This document shows, one piece after another, positions 38,311-48,300 of a DNA stretch of 64,000 nucleotides. The DNA lies in NCBI GenBank assembly GCA_046757025.1, contig JBHHXN010000008.1, positions 1 to 64,000 of the forward strand. The letters are read 5' to 3'. Position 1 is the first letter of the stretch, and each line of letters opens with the position of its first letter. Below the pieces are notes generated by a model. That model worked only from the letters and a program-made list of their open reading frames with translations. It had not been told where the DNA came from and ran no database searches. The position numbers and the translations under genes were made by a program. The DNA comes from a bacterium (lineage in GTDB: Bacteria > Zhuqueibacterota > Zhuqueibacteria > Oceanimicrobiales > Oceanimicrobiaceae).

Positions 38311-39573
38311 ATGAACAAGCCTAACACAAATTTAATCCCTAATTTGACTTCAGGACCCACCGACGTCGTCGTCATCGGCGGCGGTCCGGCCGGCGCCACC
38401 GTGGCTGCACTGGTGGCTGAGAAAGGTCACCGGGTGCAGTTGTTTGAGCGGGAGATTTTCCCAAGATTCAGCATCGGCGAGTCGCTCATGCCTGGCACCT
38501 ACTGGACCCTTAAGAAGCTGGGCGTGCTGGAAAAAATGAAAAGCAGCGCTTTTCCGCAAAAATGCAGCGTTCAATTTTATTCGCGTTCGGGTCGAGCTTC
38601 GGCGCCCTTTTACTTTTTTGAAAATGATTCACACGAAAGCTCCCAAACCTGGCAGGTGCTGCGCAGCGAGTTTGATGAGATGATGCTGGAGAATGCCCGG
38701 GAAAAAGGTGCTCAGGTGCATCAGGGAGTCAGTGTGACAGAGGTGTTGTTTGAAGAATCGAAAGCGACGGGCGTACGTGTGCGCTTGCCGGATAAAAGCT
38801 TGTACGATATTCAATCCAAAATTGTAGTGGATGCCTCCGGTCAGAGCACGTTGATTGCGCGGAAACTGGACCTCAAGCGGCGCGAACCGGCATTGAAAAA
38901 AGCCGCAGTGTTCAGCCATTTTAAAGGCAGCGTTCGCGACACTGGGGTGGATGAAGGCGCCACCCTCATTTTTCAAACGCAAAATCAGGATTCGTGGTTC
39001 TGGTTCATTCCCCTGCCTCAAGACCTGACGAGTGTGGGCGTCGTGGGCGATGTCGATTATCTGCTCGGGCAAGCTCTGGAAGATCTACAAAACATTTTCA
39101 AACGTGAGCTGGAAATCTGCCCGGCGTTGCAGCCGAGATTGGCGCCGGCCCGGCAGTTATTTCCGATGAAGATCACCCGAGACTTTTCCTATCGCAGTGA
39201 GCAGATCGCCGGCCAAGGCTGGGTGCTGGTGGGCGATGCTTTTGGATTTTTGGATCCCATCTATTCTTCCGGCGTTTTTTTAGCGTTGAAATCAGCGGAA
39301 TTCGCCGCGGCCTGCGTTCATGAAGCGCTAAAAAATCAAGACTTTTCTGCGCCGCAACTGGGGAAATTTCAGAGTGAGTATCTGGCCGGCATGGAGTCCA
39401 TTCGGAAGCTGGTGTACACATTTTATGCGCGGGATTTTAGCTTCGGGCGCTTTCTCAATAAACATCCCGAATGCAGAAAAGACATCATCAATATTTTGGT
39501 GGGCAACGTGTTCAGGGAACCCGTCATTGGGCTGTTTGAACGATTAGGAGAATTCTGCCAGATTCCTGAATAG
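38311..39573 (+). CDS. Flavin-dependent halogenase-like FAD oxidoreductase
   Basis: VIGGGPAG, FPRFSIGES, FPQK (putative catalytic Lys), R.EFD, DASG, WFWFIP, GDAFGFLDPIYSSGV. Confidence 0.8.
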   Translation: MNKPNTNLIPNLTSGPTDVVVIGGGPAGATVAALVAEKGHRVQLFEREIFPRFSIGESLMPGTYWTLKKLGVLEKMKSSAFPQKCSVQFYSRSGRASAPFYFFENDSHESSQTWQVLRSEFDEMMLENAREKGAQVHQGVSVTEVLFEESKATGVRVRLPDKSLYDIQSKIVVDASGQSTLIARKLDLKRREPALKKAAVFSHFKGSVRDTGVDEGATLIFQTQNQDSWFWFIPLPQDLTSVGVVGDVDYLLGQALEDLQNIFKRELEICPALQPRLAPARQLFPMKITRDFSYRSEQIAGQGWVLVGDAFGFLDPIYSSGVFLALKSAEFAAACVHEALKNQDFSAPQLGKFQSEYLAGMESIRKLVYTFYARDFSFGRFLNKHPECRKDIINILVGNVFREPVIGLFERLGEFCQIPE

Positions 39574-39692
39574 GACGCGTTTTTGCACTTTACTTTTGAC
39601 TTATATTCAAATAGTATAAAATGAGATTCAGCTTCGTGTTTCAGCCATGGAATAGAAAAGGGTGTACAGGCTTTTAGCCTGTTTCAACCTCA

Positions 39693-39850
39693 AGAGCCTG
39701 TGTGAAAAGTTGAAATATAGACTATAAACCAAACATCCCAGTATTGTCATTCTGGAAGAATCTTTTTAATAAACAGCACTTTACGTCCAAGTAATAAAGA
39801 TTCCTACAGAATGACAGAAGTTTCGTTTTACAAGTTTTCACGCGGACTAT
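39693..39850. mobile_element. MITE-like element family B, copy 2
   Basis: AGAGCCTGTGTGAAAAG ... GTTTTCACGCGGACTAT ends; inner GTCATTCTGGAAGAATC...GATTCCTACAGAATGAC hairpin 39746-39815. Confidence 0.6.
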
Positions 39851-39906
39851 AAAGGCTAAACACCTTATGTTGCATAATTCTAAATTTTTAATTTGAGGAG
39901 GAATTT

Positions 39907-40137
39907 GTGAAAAAAGCCTTTCCAAAATGGAGCTTGTTTCTAGCCCTTTTTGTTTTGTATCTGCTCCACAACGATCTCTGGTTCTGGCACAATGCCGATT
40001 TGGTTTTCGGCATTCCCATCGGATTGTTTTACCACATTGTTTACTGCGCCGCAGCTTCCCTCATGATGATTCTGTTGGTCAAATATGCCTGGCCCCATCC
40101 TTCCCAAACTAAAGACAAAAAGGAAATACTGAGATGA
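39907..40137 (+). CDS. Small 2-TM partner of SSS symporter (DUF3311/DUF997-like)
   Basis: GAGGAG RBS + GTG; LLHNDLWFW...VFG.PIGL.YH..Y...WP; ATGA overlap with symporter. Confidence 0.75.
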   Translation: MKKAFPKWSLFLALFVLYLLHNDLWFWHNADLVFGIPIGLFYHIVYCAAASLMMILLVKYAWPHPSQTKDKKEILR

Positions 40138-41651
40138 CACTGATCATTATTTTTATCTACCTGGCTTTAGTGATTGGGATTGGAGCTTTTAGCCACAAAC
40201 TGTTTCGCGGTACGGGAGAAGATTATTTCGTGGCCACCCGCACCATTGGCCCTTTCATCCTTTTGATGTCGCTGTTCGGCACGAATATGACCGCTTTTGC
40301 CTTGCTAGGCGCTTCCGGAGAAGCTTATCATAACGGCATCGGTGTGTTTGGCTTGATGGCTTCCAGCTCAGCCTTGATCATCCCGTGTGTTTTCTTTTTT
40401 GTGGGTACCCGTGCCTGGGCCTTGGGAAAAAAATTCGGCTATTTGACCCAGGTACAATATTTCAGAGAGCGCTGGGGATCTGACGGACTCGGCTTGCTGC
40501 TCTTTTTTGTGCTCATCGGCTTTGTGATCCCGTACCTGCTGATCGGGGTGATGGCCGGCGGCGTGACCATGAATCAAATCACGCAAGGGCAGTTTCCGGA
40601 ATGGGCCGGCGGCCTTTTGGTGTGCATTGTGGTGCTAATTTATGTGACGTATGGTGGATTGCGCGGCACCGCCTGGGCCAACACCTTTCAAACCCTGGTG
40701 TTCATGATACTGGGCGGTGTCACGTTTTACGTCATCGTCAATAAACTGGGCGGGCTGACCAGCGCTATGAATAGGGTGGCCGAAGAGCACCCACAGTTGC
40801 TGGTACGCGGGGAATTGATCAAGCCGCTGCGGCTGTTGACGTACACCTGCATTCCGCTGTCCGTGGGGATGTTTCCACACATGTTCATGCACTGGCTATC
40901 TGCCAATCGCGCAGAAAGTTTCCGGCGGCCGTTGATGTTTTATCCTCTGTGCATTGCCGCGGTCTGGGTTCCCAGCGTTTTGTTGGGAGTCCTGGGCAGT
41001 ATCGATTTTGCAGGCTTAAAAGGCCCGGCGGCCAATTCTATTTTAGTAAAAATGATCGACATGTATTCGCCCGACATTCTGGCCGGGCTGTTAGCTGCCG
41101 GGGTGTTTGCAGCGGTCATGTCGTCGCTGGATTCGCAGGTGCTGTCCATCGGCAGCATGTTTACACAGGACATCACCCGCCATTATGGATTCCATGACAA
41201 AATGAGCGAAAAGCAGCAGGTGCTTTTCGGGCGGCTGTTCGTTTTTGCCGTGCTGCTGGTCACCTACGTGTTGTCGCTGGTTTCCAATCGCAGTATTTTC
41301 AAACTGGGGGTCTGGTCTTTTACGGGATTCGCTTCTCTGTTCCCGGTGGTGTTTGCGGCGTTATTTTGGAAACGCAGTACCAAATACGGCGCCTTTGCTT
41401 CTGTCATCAGCGTGGTGGGGCTCTGGACGTACTTTTTTATTCAGGGGTGGCAGCAGCCGGGATACACCGTCGGCGGCAGCGGAGTCATGCCGGTGGCGGT
41501 GATTTTGCCGGTATCCACTTTGGCCATGATCATCGGCTCCCTGTTGAGTCCGACACCCCAGCAAGCGATCCTTGATAAATTTTTTACCAGCACCCGGCAG
41601 AGCCCCGACGAAGATTTGGAAAAGAAAAAAGTGGAGAGTCGTTCCGGATAG
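40134..41651 (+). CDS. Sodium:solute symporter (SSS family)
   Basis: EDYFVA.R.IG, GGLRGTAW.NT.Q, AAVMSSLDSQ, FWKRSTK.GA motifs; many TM helices. Confidence 0.92.
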   Translation: MTLIIIFIYLALVIGIGAFSHKLFRGTGEDYFVATRTIGPFILLMSLFGTNMTAFALLGASGEAYHNGIGVFGLMASSSALIIPCVFFFVGTRAWALGKKFGYLTQVQYFRERWGSDGLGLLLFFVLIGFVIPYLLIGVMAGGVTMNQITQGQFPEWAGGLLVCIVVLIYVTYGGLRGTAWANTFQTLVFMILGGVTFYVIVNKLGGLTSAMNRVAEEHPQLLVRGELIKPLRLLTYTCIPLSVGMFPHMFMHWLSANRAESFRRPLMFYPLCIAAVWVPSVLLGVLGSIDFAGLKGPAANSILVKMIDMYSPDILAGLLAAGVFAAVMSSLDSQVLSIGSMFTQDITRHYGFHDKMSEKQQVLFGRLFVFAVLLVTYVLSLVSNRSIFKLGVWSFTGFASLFPVVFAALFWKRSTKYGAFASVISVVGLWTYFFIQGWQQPGYTVGGSGVMPVAVILPVSTLAMIIGSLLSPTPQQAILDKFFTSTRQSPDEDLEKKKVESRSG

Positions 41652-41763
41652 TTGGGATTTGGGTAACCTTTTAGCTATTGGCTAACGGCCAGCAGCAAGA
41701 ACGTTGCGACATTCGTAAAAAATAAAAAGTTAATAATGACAATAGCTTTCCCTAAATAAAATT

Positions 41764-43053
41764 ATGAGAATCGCCTACATCTCTGCTGGCGCCGGCGGAA
41801 TGTACTGCGGAAGCTGCATTCACGACAACACGCTGGCGGCCGCATTACAGCAGAAAGGGCACCAGGTGGCTTTGATTCCCACCTACACGCCGCTTCGCAC
41901 CGACGAGACCAACGTCAGTTTGGGCCGCGTTTTTTATGGCGGTTTGAACGTGTATTTGCAGGAGAAGTTTAAAATATTTCGCCGTACCCCGTGGCGGGTT
42001 GACGATTTTTTAAATCAAACGTTTTTGTTGAAATGGATATCCAAACTGGGTTCGTCCACCAATGCCCGCGACTTAGGCACTTTAACGGTTTCGGTGTTAA
42101 AGGGCGAGCACGGGCATCAAAAAAAAGAGCTGGCAAAATTGGTCACCTGGCTTAAAAACGACTATCAACCCGATCTGGTTCAGCTCACCAATTCCATGTT
42201 TTTGGGTATGGCGCGCGAGATCAAACGACAATTGCAGGTGCCGGTGCTCTGTGCTGTTCAGGGGGAAGATCTCTTTTTGGAGGATTTGATCGAGCCGTAC
42301 CAAGAAGAGGCGCGGCTGCTGCTGCAGGAAAAAGCGCAGAACGTCGATGCCTTTATCGCCACCAGCGATTACTATGCCGGCTTCATGGCTGAATTTTTAA
42401 GCGTGCAAAAACAGAAAATGCACACCGTGAAACTGGGCATTAATTTGGATGGTTTGGAAAACGGCCGTATCAACGTGCAAAGCGATTCTTTCATCGTCGG
42501 CTACCTGGCGCGGATTTGTCCGGAAAAAGGTCTGCACTTGCTCGTTCAGGCCTGCTATCGGTTGTGGGAAAAGCTCGGTCGCGACAAAATTCAGCTTAAA
42601 GTGGCGGGCTATTTGTCAAAAAGAGACGGTCTTTATTTTAATGATATTAAAAAACAAATCGCTGAAAGAGGATTCGGCGGTTCATTTGAATATGTGGGCG
42701 AGGTGGATCGTTTGAGTAAAATCATTTTTCTCAGCTCACTGCATGTGTTGTCGGTACCCACTACATATCAAGAGGCCAAAGGATTGTTTGTACTGGAAGC
42801 GCTGGCCAACGGCGTGCCGGTAGTGCAACCGCGACACGGTTCTTTTCCAGAGATCGTGGCGGCCACCGGCGGCGGGATTCTGGTGGCTCCCCACTCGCCG
42901 CACTCTTTAGCCCACGGCATTCTGCAGCTTCTGGAAGATGCTGATCTGAGAAAAAAGTTAGGGCAAAAGGGCCAAGCGGCCGTTCAAAAATCCTTCAGCT
43001 CGCAGGCCATGGCAGAAGCCACGCTGAAAGTTTATGAAAAGTATGTTAAATAA
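41764..43053 (+). CDS. Glycosyltransferase family 4 (GT-B) with N-terminal CxxC motif
   Basis: GYLARICPEKGL, E.KGL.VLEALA.GVPVV, G.FPEIV; N-terminal GAGGMYCGSCIHD. Confidence 0.88.
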   Translation: MRIAYISAGAGGMYCGSCIHDNTLAAALQQKGHQVALIPTYTPLRTDETNVSLGRVFYGGLNVYLQEKFKIFRRTPWRVDDFLNQTFLLKWISKLGSSTNARDLGTLTVSVLKGEHGHQKKELAKLVTWLKNDYQPDLVQLTNSMFLGMAREIKRQLQVPVLCAVQGEDLFLEDLIEPYQEEARLLLQEKAQNVDAFIATSDYYAGFMAEFLSVQKQKMHTVKLGINLDGLENGRINVQSDSFIVGYLARICPEKGLHLLVQACYRLWEKLGRDKIQLKVAGYLSKRDGLYFNDIKKQIAERGFGGSFEYVGEVDRLSKIIFLSSLHVLSVPTTYQEAKGLFVLEALANGVPVVQPRHGSFPEIVAATGGGILVAPHSPHSLAHGILQLLEDADLRKKLGQKGQAAVQKSFSSQAMAEATLKVYEKYVK

Positions 43054-43070
43054 TGTTTTCATTCTCATTT

Positions 43071-43512
43071 GCTCAAGTTTTGCAGTTAGAATTTAAACAA
43101 AATCAAATAAGATCCGGCCGATGAATTTGTATTTCAGCAATTACTATGAAAGAGAGATTACCTTACTATTCCAAAATTGGAGTGATTGAGTCGTTATTTA
43201 CATATTCTAACATTTCTCCTTAACGCAGAGCCGAGGACGCAGAGAATAATATATCTCTCTGCGAAACGCTCTGCGCTTTCCGCGGCCTCCGCGTTGAAAA
43301 AAAAGTGGTTATTTGATAATCCTGTGTTCAGTGGTAAAGCGCCTTTTTTATCGTAAATCAAAAAGTCGATTTTAAGATGACTTTTGCAATAACTGGCTAC
43401 ATACTCATATTTTGGAATTTTTGTGACTAAAGTTATTATAAAGAATTCTGTGAATTCAGTTTGAGTAAAACACCTTAAAAACAATTGATTACACAACTGC
43501 GAAACTTGAGTC
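43071..43512. mobile_element. MITE-like element family A, copy 2 (inverted relative to copy 1)
   Basis: TIRs GCTCAAGTTTTGCAG / CTGCGAAACTTGAGTC; reverse complement matches 16861-17290 throughout. Confidence 0.75.
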
Positions 43513-43550
43513 AATTATTACCTGGGTGAATCCTGAAGGAAGAGCAAAAT

Positions 43551-44117
43551 ATGACCACTGCTGAAACATCAACGTCCGGTTTGGCCTGGCTACTATTCGT
43601 CCTGATGACGGTTATCTCCTGGGGTGTGTATGGCATTTTTCTGCACAGCGGTCAGGTGGCCATGGGCGATGCAGCCAACGGTCGTTACAAAGCTTTTTTG
43701 TTTGTGGGTATCGCGTATTTGATCACCGCTGTCATCGGGCCGCTGATCATCCTGGGTATAAACGGCGCTACTTGGAGTTTTTCCGCGAAGGGCATGTTCT
43801 GGTCGCTGGCGGCCGGCATCGTCGGGGCCCTGGGTGCATTTTGTGTGTTGCTGGCTTTTGGGGCTAAAGGTCAGCCGAGCGTGGTCATGTCCATTGTTTT
43901 CGCTGGGGCACCGGTAGTCAATGCTGTGGTCGCTTTGGCGGTTCATCCGCCCGCCGGTGGATTCAGCCATTTGCGCTGGCAGTTTGTGGCGGGTATTTTG
44001 ATGGCTGCACTTGGAGGTTGCCTGGTGACGTTGTACAAGCCCGCTCCGGCGGCGTCTCAGGCGGAAAAGGCGCGGGTGGTTCAGAATGATCAATTTAATT
44101 CAGAAAAAGGGAAATAA
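43551..44117 (+). CDS. 5-TM membrane protein, DMT/EamA-like
   Basis: WL.FV.MTV.SWGVYG, AG..GALGA, VMSIVF.GAPVVNA, five hydrophobic helices. Confidence 0.7.
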   Translation: MTTAETSTSGLAWLLFVLMTVISWGVYGIFLHSGQVAMGDAANGRYKAFLFVGIAYLITAVIGPLIILGINGATWSFSAKGMFWSLAAGIVGALGAFCVLLAFGAKGQPSVVMSIVFAGAPVVNAVVALAVHPPAGGFSHLRWQFVAGILMAALGGCLVTLYKPAPAASQAEKARVVQNDQFNSEKGK

Positions 44118-44123
44118 CACGTA

Positions 44124-44555
44124 ATGACAAACATGAAAAGTGATTTTCGTACCAAACGAAAAATTGAATTTGCCGACACCGACCTGGCAGGCATTGTGCA
44201 TTTCGCTCGTTTTTTTGTGTTTATGGAGACGGCGGAGCACGAATTCCTGCACTCACTGGGAACCAGCGTTTCCACGCAATTGAACGGCGACCAAATCGGC
44301 TGGCCGCGACTGGCGGCTTCCTGCGAATATCTGAGCCCGGCTACCTTCGAAGAAGAAATCGATATTTACCTGACGGTTTACAGGAAGGGCAACAAATCCT
44401 TGACTTACAAATTCCTGTTCACGCGCGATGAAAAAATCATTGCCCGCGGACAGATGACTTCGGCCTGCTGCGTTTGCAATCCCGGTGAAAAAATCAAAGC
44501 CATTCCCATCCCCGATTTTATTGCAGATAAAATATCAGAGACTTCAAAAGAGTAG
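44124..44555 (+). CDS. Acyl-CoA thioesterase (4HBT/YbgC family)
   Basis: FADTDLAGIVHFA.FF.FME.AE, C.YLSP..FEE. Confidence 0.88.
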   Translation: MTNMKSDFRTKRKIEFADTDLAGIVHFARFFVFMETAEHEFLHSLGTSVSTQLNGDQIGWPRLAASCEYLSPATFEEEIDIYLTVYRKGNKSLTYKFLFTRDEKIIARGQMTSACCVCNPGEKIKAIPIPDFIADKISETSKE

Positions 44556-44689
44556 AAAATCATTATGCAGTTGGTTTAACTGAGATTTCGACTGGCTCGG
44601 TTCAAAAAGCCATTCTAACAACCACTAAGATATTTGAAACCAATATTAATCGGCCAAAATCTTTTCAATAAATTTAAATCGCAAACATT

Positions 44690-45379
44690 ATGAAAAAGTC
44701 AAACGCCGTATCGCTGCAATTAAAAGAGGTGTATAAAAACTACGGCGCCGAATCCCGGTCGGTACCCGTGCTGCGGGGCGTTTCTTTCGAAATATCGGAA
44801 GGTCAAGCCCTGGTGATCACCGGGCCTTCAGGTTGCGGTAAAAGCACATTGCTGCACCTCATCGGCACGTTAGATACTCCCTCCTCCGGTCAAATCCACA
44901 TAGCCGGTCAGGACCCCTTTACCTTTTCTGAGGTCGATTTAGCCAAATTTCGCAACCAAAACATCGGCTTCGTCTTTCAGGATCATCACCTCTTGCCGCA
45001 GTACTCTGTGTTGGAAAACGTGCTTTTACCCACGCTGGCTTTCAAGAAATCGAACGGCGAATCTTTGCGGCGCGCACAAGATTTTCTATCGCGAGTGGGA
45101 CTATCGGATCGCCTCGAGCACCGACCGGCCGAGCTTTCCGGCGGGGAAAAACAGCGGGTGGCCATCGCGCGAGCTTTGATCAACCAGCCCCAAATCGTAC
45201 TATGTGACGAGCCCACCGGCAATCTGGATCGCCAAACCGCCGGAAACGTAGCGGATCTGTTTTTTGAGCTGCATAAGCAGGAAAAAAACATTCTCATCGT
45301 GGTCACCCACAGCCTCGAGCTCGCTGCCCGCTTCAACCGACGTTTTGAATTGCAGGAGGGAAAATGCGTCGCAGTTTAG
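44690..45379 (+). CDS. ABC transporter ATP-binding protein (LolD/MacB-like)
   Basis: GPSGCGKS, IGFVFQ, LSGGE.QRVAIARAL, DEPTGNLD, VTH. Confidence 0.95.
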   Translation: MKKSNAVSLQLKEVYKNYGAESRSVPVLRGVSFEISEGQALVITGPSGCGKSTLLHLIGTLDTPSSGQIHIAGQDPFTFSEVDLAKFRNQNIGFVFQDHHLLPQYSVLENVLLPTLAFKKSNGESLRRAQDFLSRVGLSDRLEHRPAELSGGEKQRVAIARALINQPQIVLCDEPTGNLDRQTAGNVADLFFELHKQEKNILIVVTHSLELAARFNRRFELQEGKCVAV

Positions 45380-48300
45380 CCTACTACTGGCGTCTCAATC
45401 TGGCGGTGGTTTTGGCGGCGGCGGTTGCCACTGCGGTTTTGACCGGCGCCCTGTTGGTGGGCGATTCGGTACGCGGAAGTCTGCGCGATTTAACGCTGGC
45501 CCGTCTGGGCGAAATCGACTATGTTCTGGTGCGACAAAAGTTTCTTCGGGAAGACCTCCTGTTGGATTTAATTCAATCGGTGGGCTTCGAAAAGCAATTT
45601 GACGCCATCGCCTCGGCCATCTTTTTGAACGGGAACGCTTTGCATACTCAATCCCGGGCGCGAGCTTCAAACGTCAATCTTCTGGCCATCGACGAACAAT
45701 TTTTGACTTTTTACGCATCGGATTCAATTTTGACTCACCTTTCTGCTGGCTTAAAAAAATCGGCAGGCCAAAATATGCCTTCCATCGTCATTAACCGGTC
45801 ACTGCAAAAAGAGCTACAGGCAAAACCCGGCGATCATTTACTGATTTCTTTTCCCCGTCCCAGCACCGTTGCCCGCGGCTCGTTGATGGGTCGGAAACAC
45901 ACAGATGAGGTGGTGGAAACCGTGCGGGTGATTATAACGCGCGTACTGCCGGATCGCGGAGTCGCTCGATTCGGCTTGCACCCACATCAGACCATGCCGC
46001 TCAACGCGTTTATTTCGCTGCCGGTCTTGCAGACCATTTTGCCCCGGCAAGACGAGGTAAACGCCCTGTTGCTGTCTCAGCGATCAAATACGACAGAAAG
46101 CGACCTGTCTGCCGCTTTGCAGCATCATCTGAGCTCCGCTCTCACGCTGGATGATCTCGATTTAAAGATGACCGAGCAGGAGACCTTTTTGCTGCTGGAG
46201 AGTCGGGAGTCCCTGCTGGCGCCGCCCCTGGAGGAATTAATTGCGACGGTGGCGGAAGATATTGCCGCGCCGGTTCTGCCCATCTTGACCTATCTGGCCA
46301 ATTCCATGCGTGTCCGCGAGCGGCGGCTGCCGTATTCAACCGTGTCCGCCCTGCAGGTTTCCGAAATCCCCGCGTTTGGTGAATGGACCCTTGTCAACGG
46401 AAAGCCGGTGACGGAGCTTTCAGATGACGAGATTTTGCTGAATGAATGGGCGGCCCACGATTTGCGCGCTCAGCCCGGTGACAAAATCCATATACAGTAT
46501 TATGAAGTGGGGCCCGCGGATCAATTGATTACCAATCAGGCCACTTTCAATTTGAAGGGGATCGTGGCATTAAAAGGCTTTGCAGTAGATTCCACGCTGA
46601 CGCCGGACTACCCCGGCATTTCCGATACCGACGACATGACGGAATGGGATCCGCCCTTTGCCATCGATTTGAATTTGATTCGACCCGTGGATGAGGCCTA
46701 CTGGGACCATTATCGCGCCATTCCCAAAGCGTTTATTCCGGCTGCTACCGGCGAAAAATTGTGGGGCAGCCGATTTGGCAAGGTGACTTCCATGCGCATC
46801 GCACCGGCAGAGAGCCTGGATGTGGTTGAAACCCGAGCTGTTTTCGAGAAGCGGCTGTTGGAAACGGTTCGACCCGAACAATTCGATTATGTGTTCCAGC
46901 CGGTGAAAAAACAGGGCCTGGCGTCCTCTGCCGGCGCCACCGATTTCAGCGGGCTTTTTTTCGGCTTTAGTTTGTTTTTAATCGTCTCGGCCGCCCTGCT
47001 GGTGGGTTTAATGTTTCGTCTGGGGGTGGAACGGCGGGTGCGTGAAATCGGTACTCTTCTGTCGGTGGGGTTTTCTGTGAAAATGGTCCGGAAACAATTT
47101 TTACTGGAAGGAGCTATTCTGGCGGCAACCGGAGCCGTTCTGGGACTTGGTGGAGCGGTTTTTTACGCCGGCTTGCTCATGCACGGTTTGCGTACCTGGT
47201 GGCTGTCGGCCATTGGCGCGCCTTTTCTGTTTTTGCACGTTCAGATTTTGAGCCTGGCACTGGGAGCGAGCATTTCATTAACGGTTAATCTGGTTGCCAT
47301 CTGGTTGAGTTTTCGCAAACTAAGCAAAGTGCCGCCACCGGCCTTGCTGGCAGGGGTGACGACGGAGGAGAGATTTTCGCCAGCCCGGCGCTGGACAAAA
47401 ATGATCTCTCTGGTCAACTTGATACTGTCGGTGAGTTTGACAGTGGCTGCCTTTTTCGTGGACGCGTCGGCTGCCACCGGCTTGTTTTTTGGCGCCGGCG
47501 CCATTCTGCTGATTGCCAGCCTGTCCTATTTTTCGATCTGGCTCAGAAGCCCGCATTCGACTGTGGGATGGAATACGGGTCGAGCGCCGATGGTACGCCT
47601 GTCCTTTCGAAACACACATAGAAATCCGGGACGCAGCCTGCTGAGTGCGGCGCTGGTTGCCAGCGCGTGTTTTGTCATCGTGGCGGTGGAAGCGTTTCGT
47701 CTGGACTTTGACCAGGAAGTACTGCAGAAAGATTCCGGCGCGGGGGGCTTTACGCTGGCGGCGAAGGCAGACGTGCCCCTGCATCACGATTTGAGTACGG
47801 CAACAGGGCGATTCGAGCTGGGATTCAGCGATGAGGAATCGCAGTATTTGCAGCGTTCACACATTTACGCCTGCCGCTATCTGCCTGGTGACGACGCGAG
47901 TTGCTTGAATCTGTATCGTGTGGAAAAACCGCGGTTGCTCGGCGTGCCGGACGAGTTCATTCAACGCGGCGGCTTTCGTTTTCAGGCTCTGGCGTCATCG
48001 CCAAACGACGAGCAAAATAATCCCTGGCAGCTTCTGAATAGGGAAATCGCACCCGATGTGATTCCGGCTTTTGGCGATTACAATTCCGTGAAATGGATTT
48101 TGCACTCTGGTTTAGGAAAGGACTTGATTTTGACCGATGAACTGGGAAGCAAGATTAAACTGCGATTTATGGGCCTGTTACAAAAAAGCATTTTTCAGAG
48201 CGAGCTACTCATTTCTGAAAATTTATTTTTAAAGCACTTCCCGAATCAAAGCGGCTATGCGTATTTTTTAATGGAAACTCCTCCTTCGGAATCCGATAAG

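Noticed and set aside
43194..43514. 106 aa ORF containing NAEAAESAER
   Set aside because: Translation of the MITE and its nested hairpin; not maintained in the other copy
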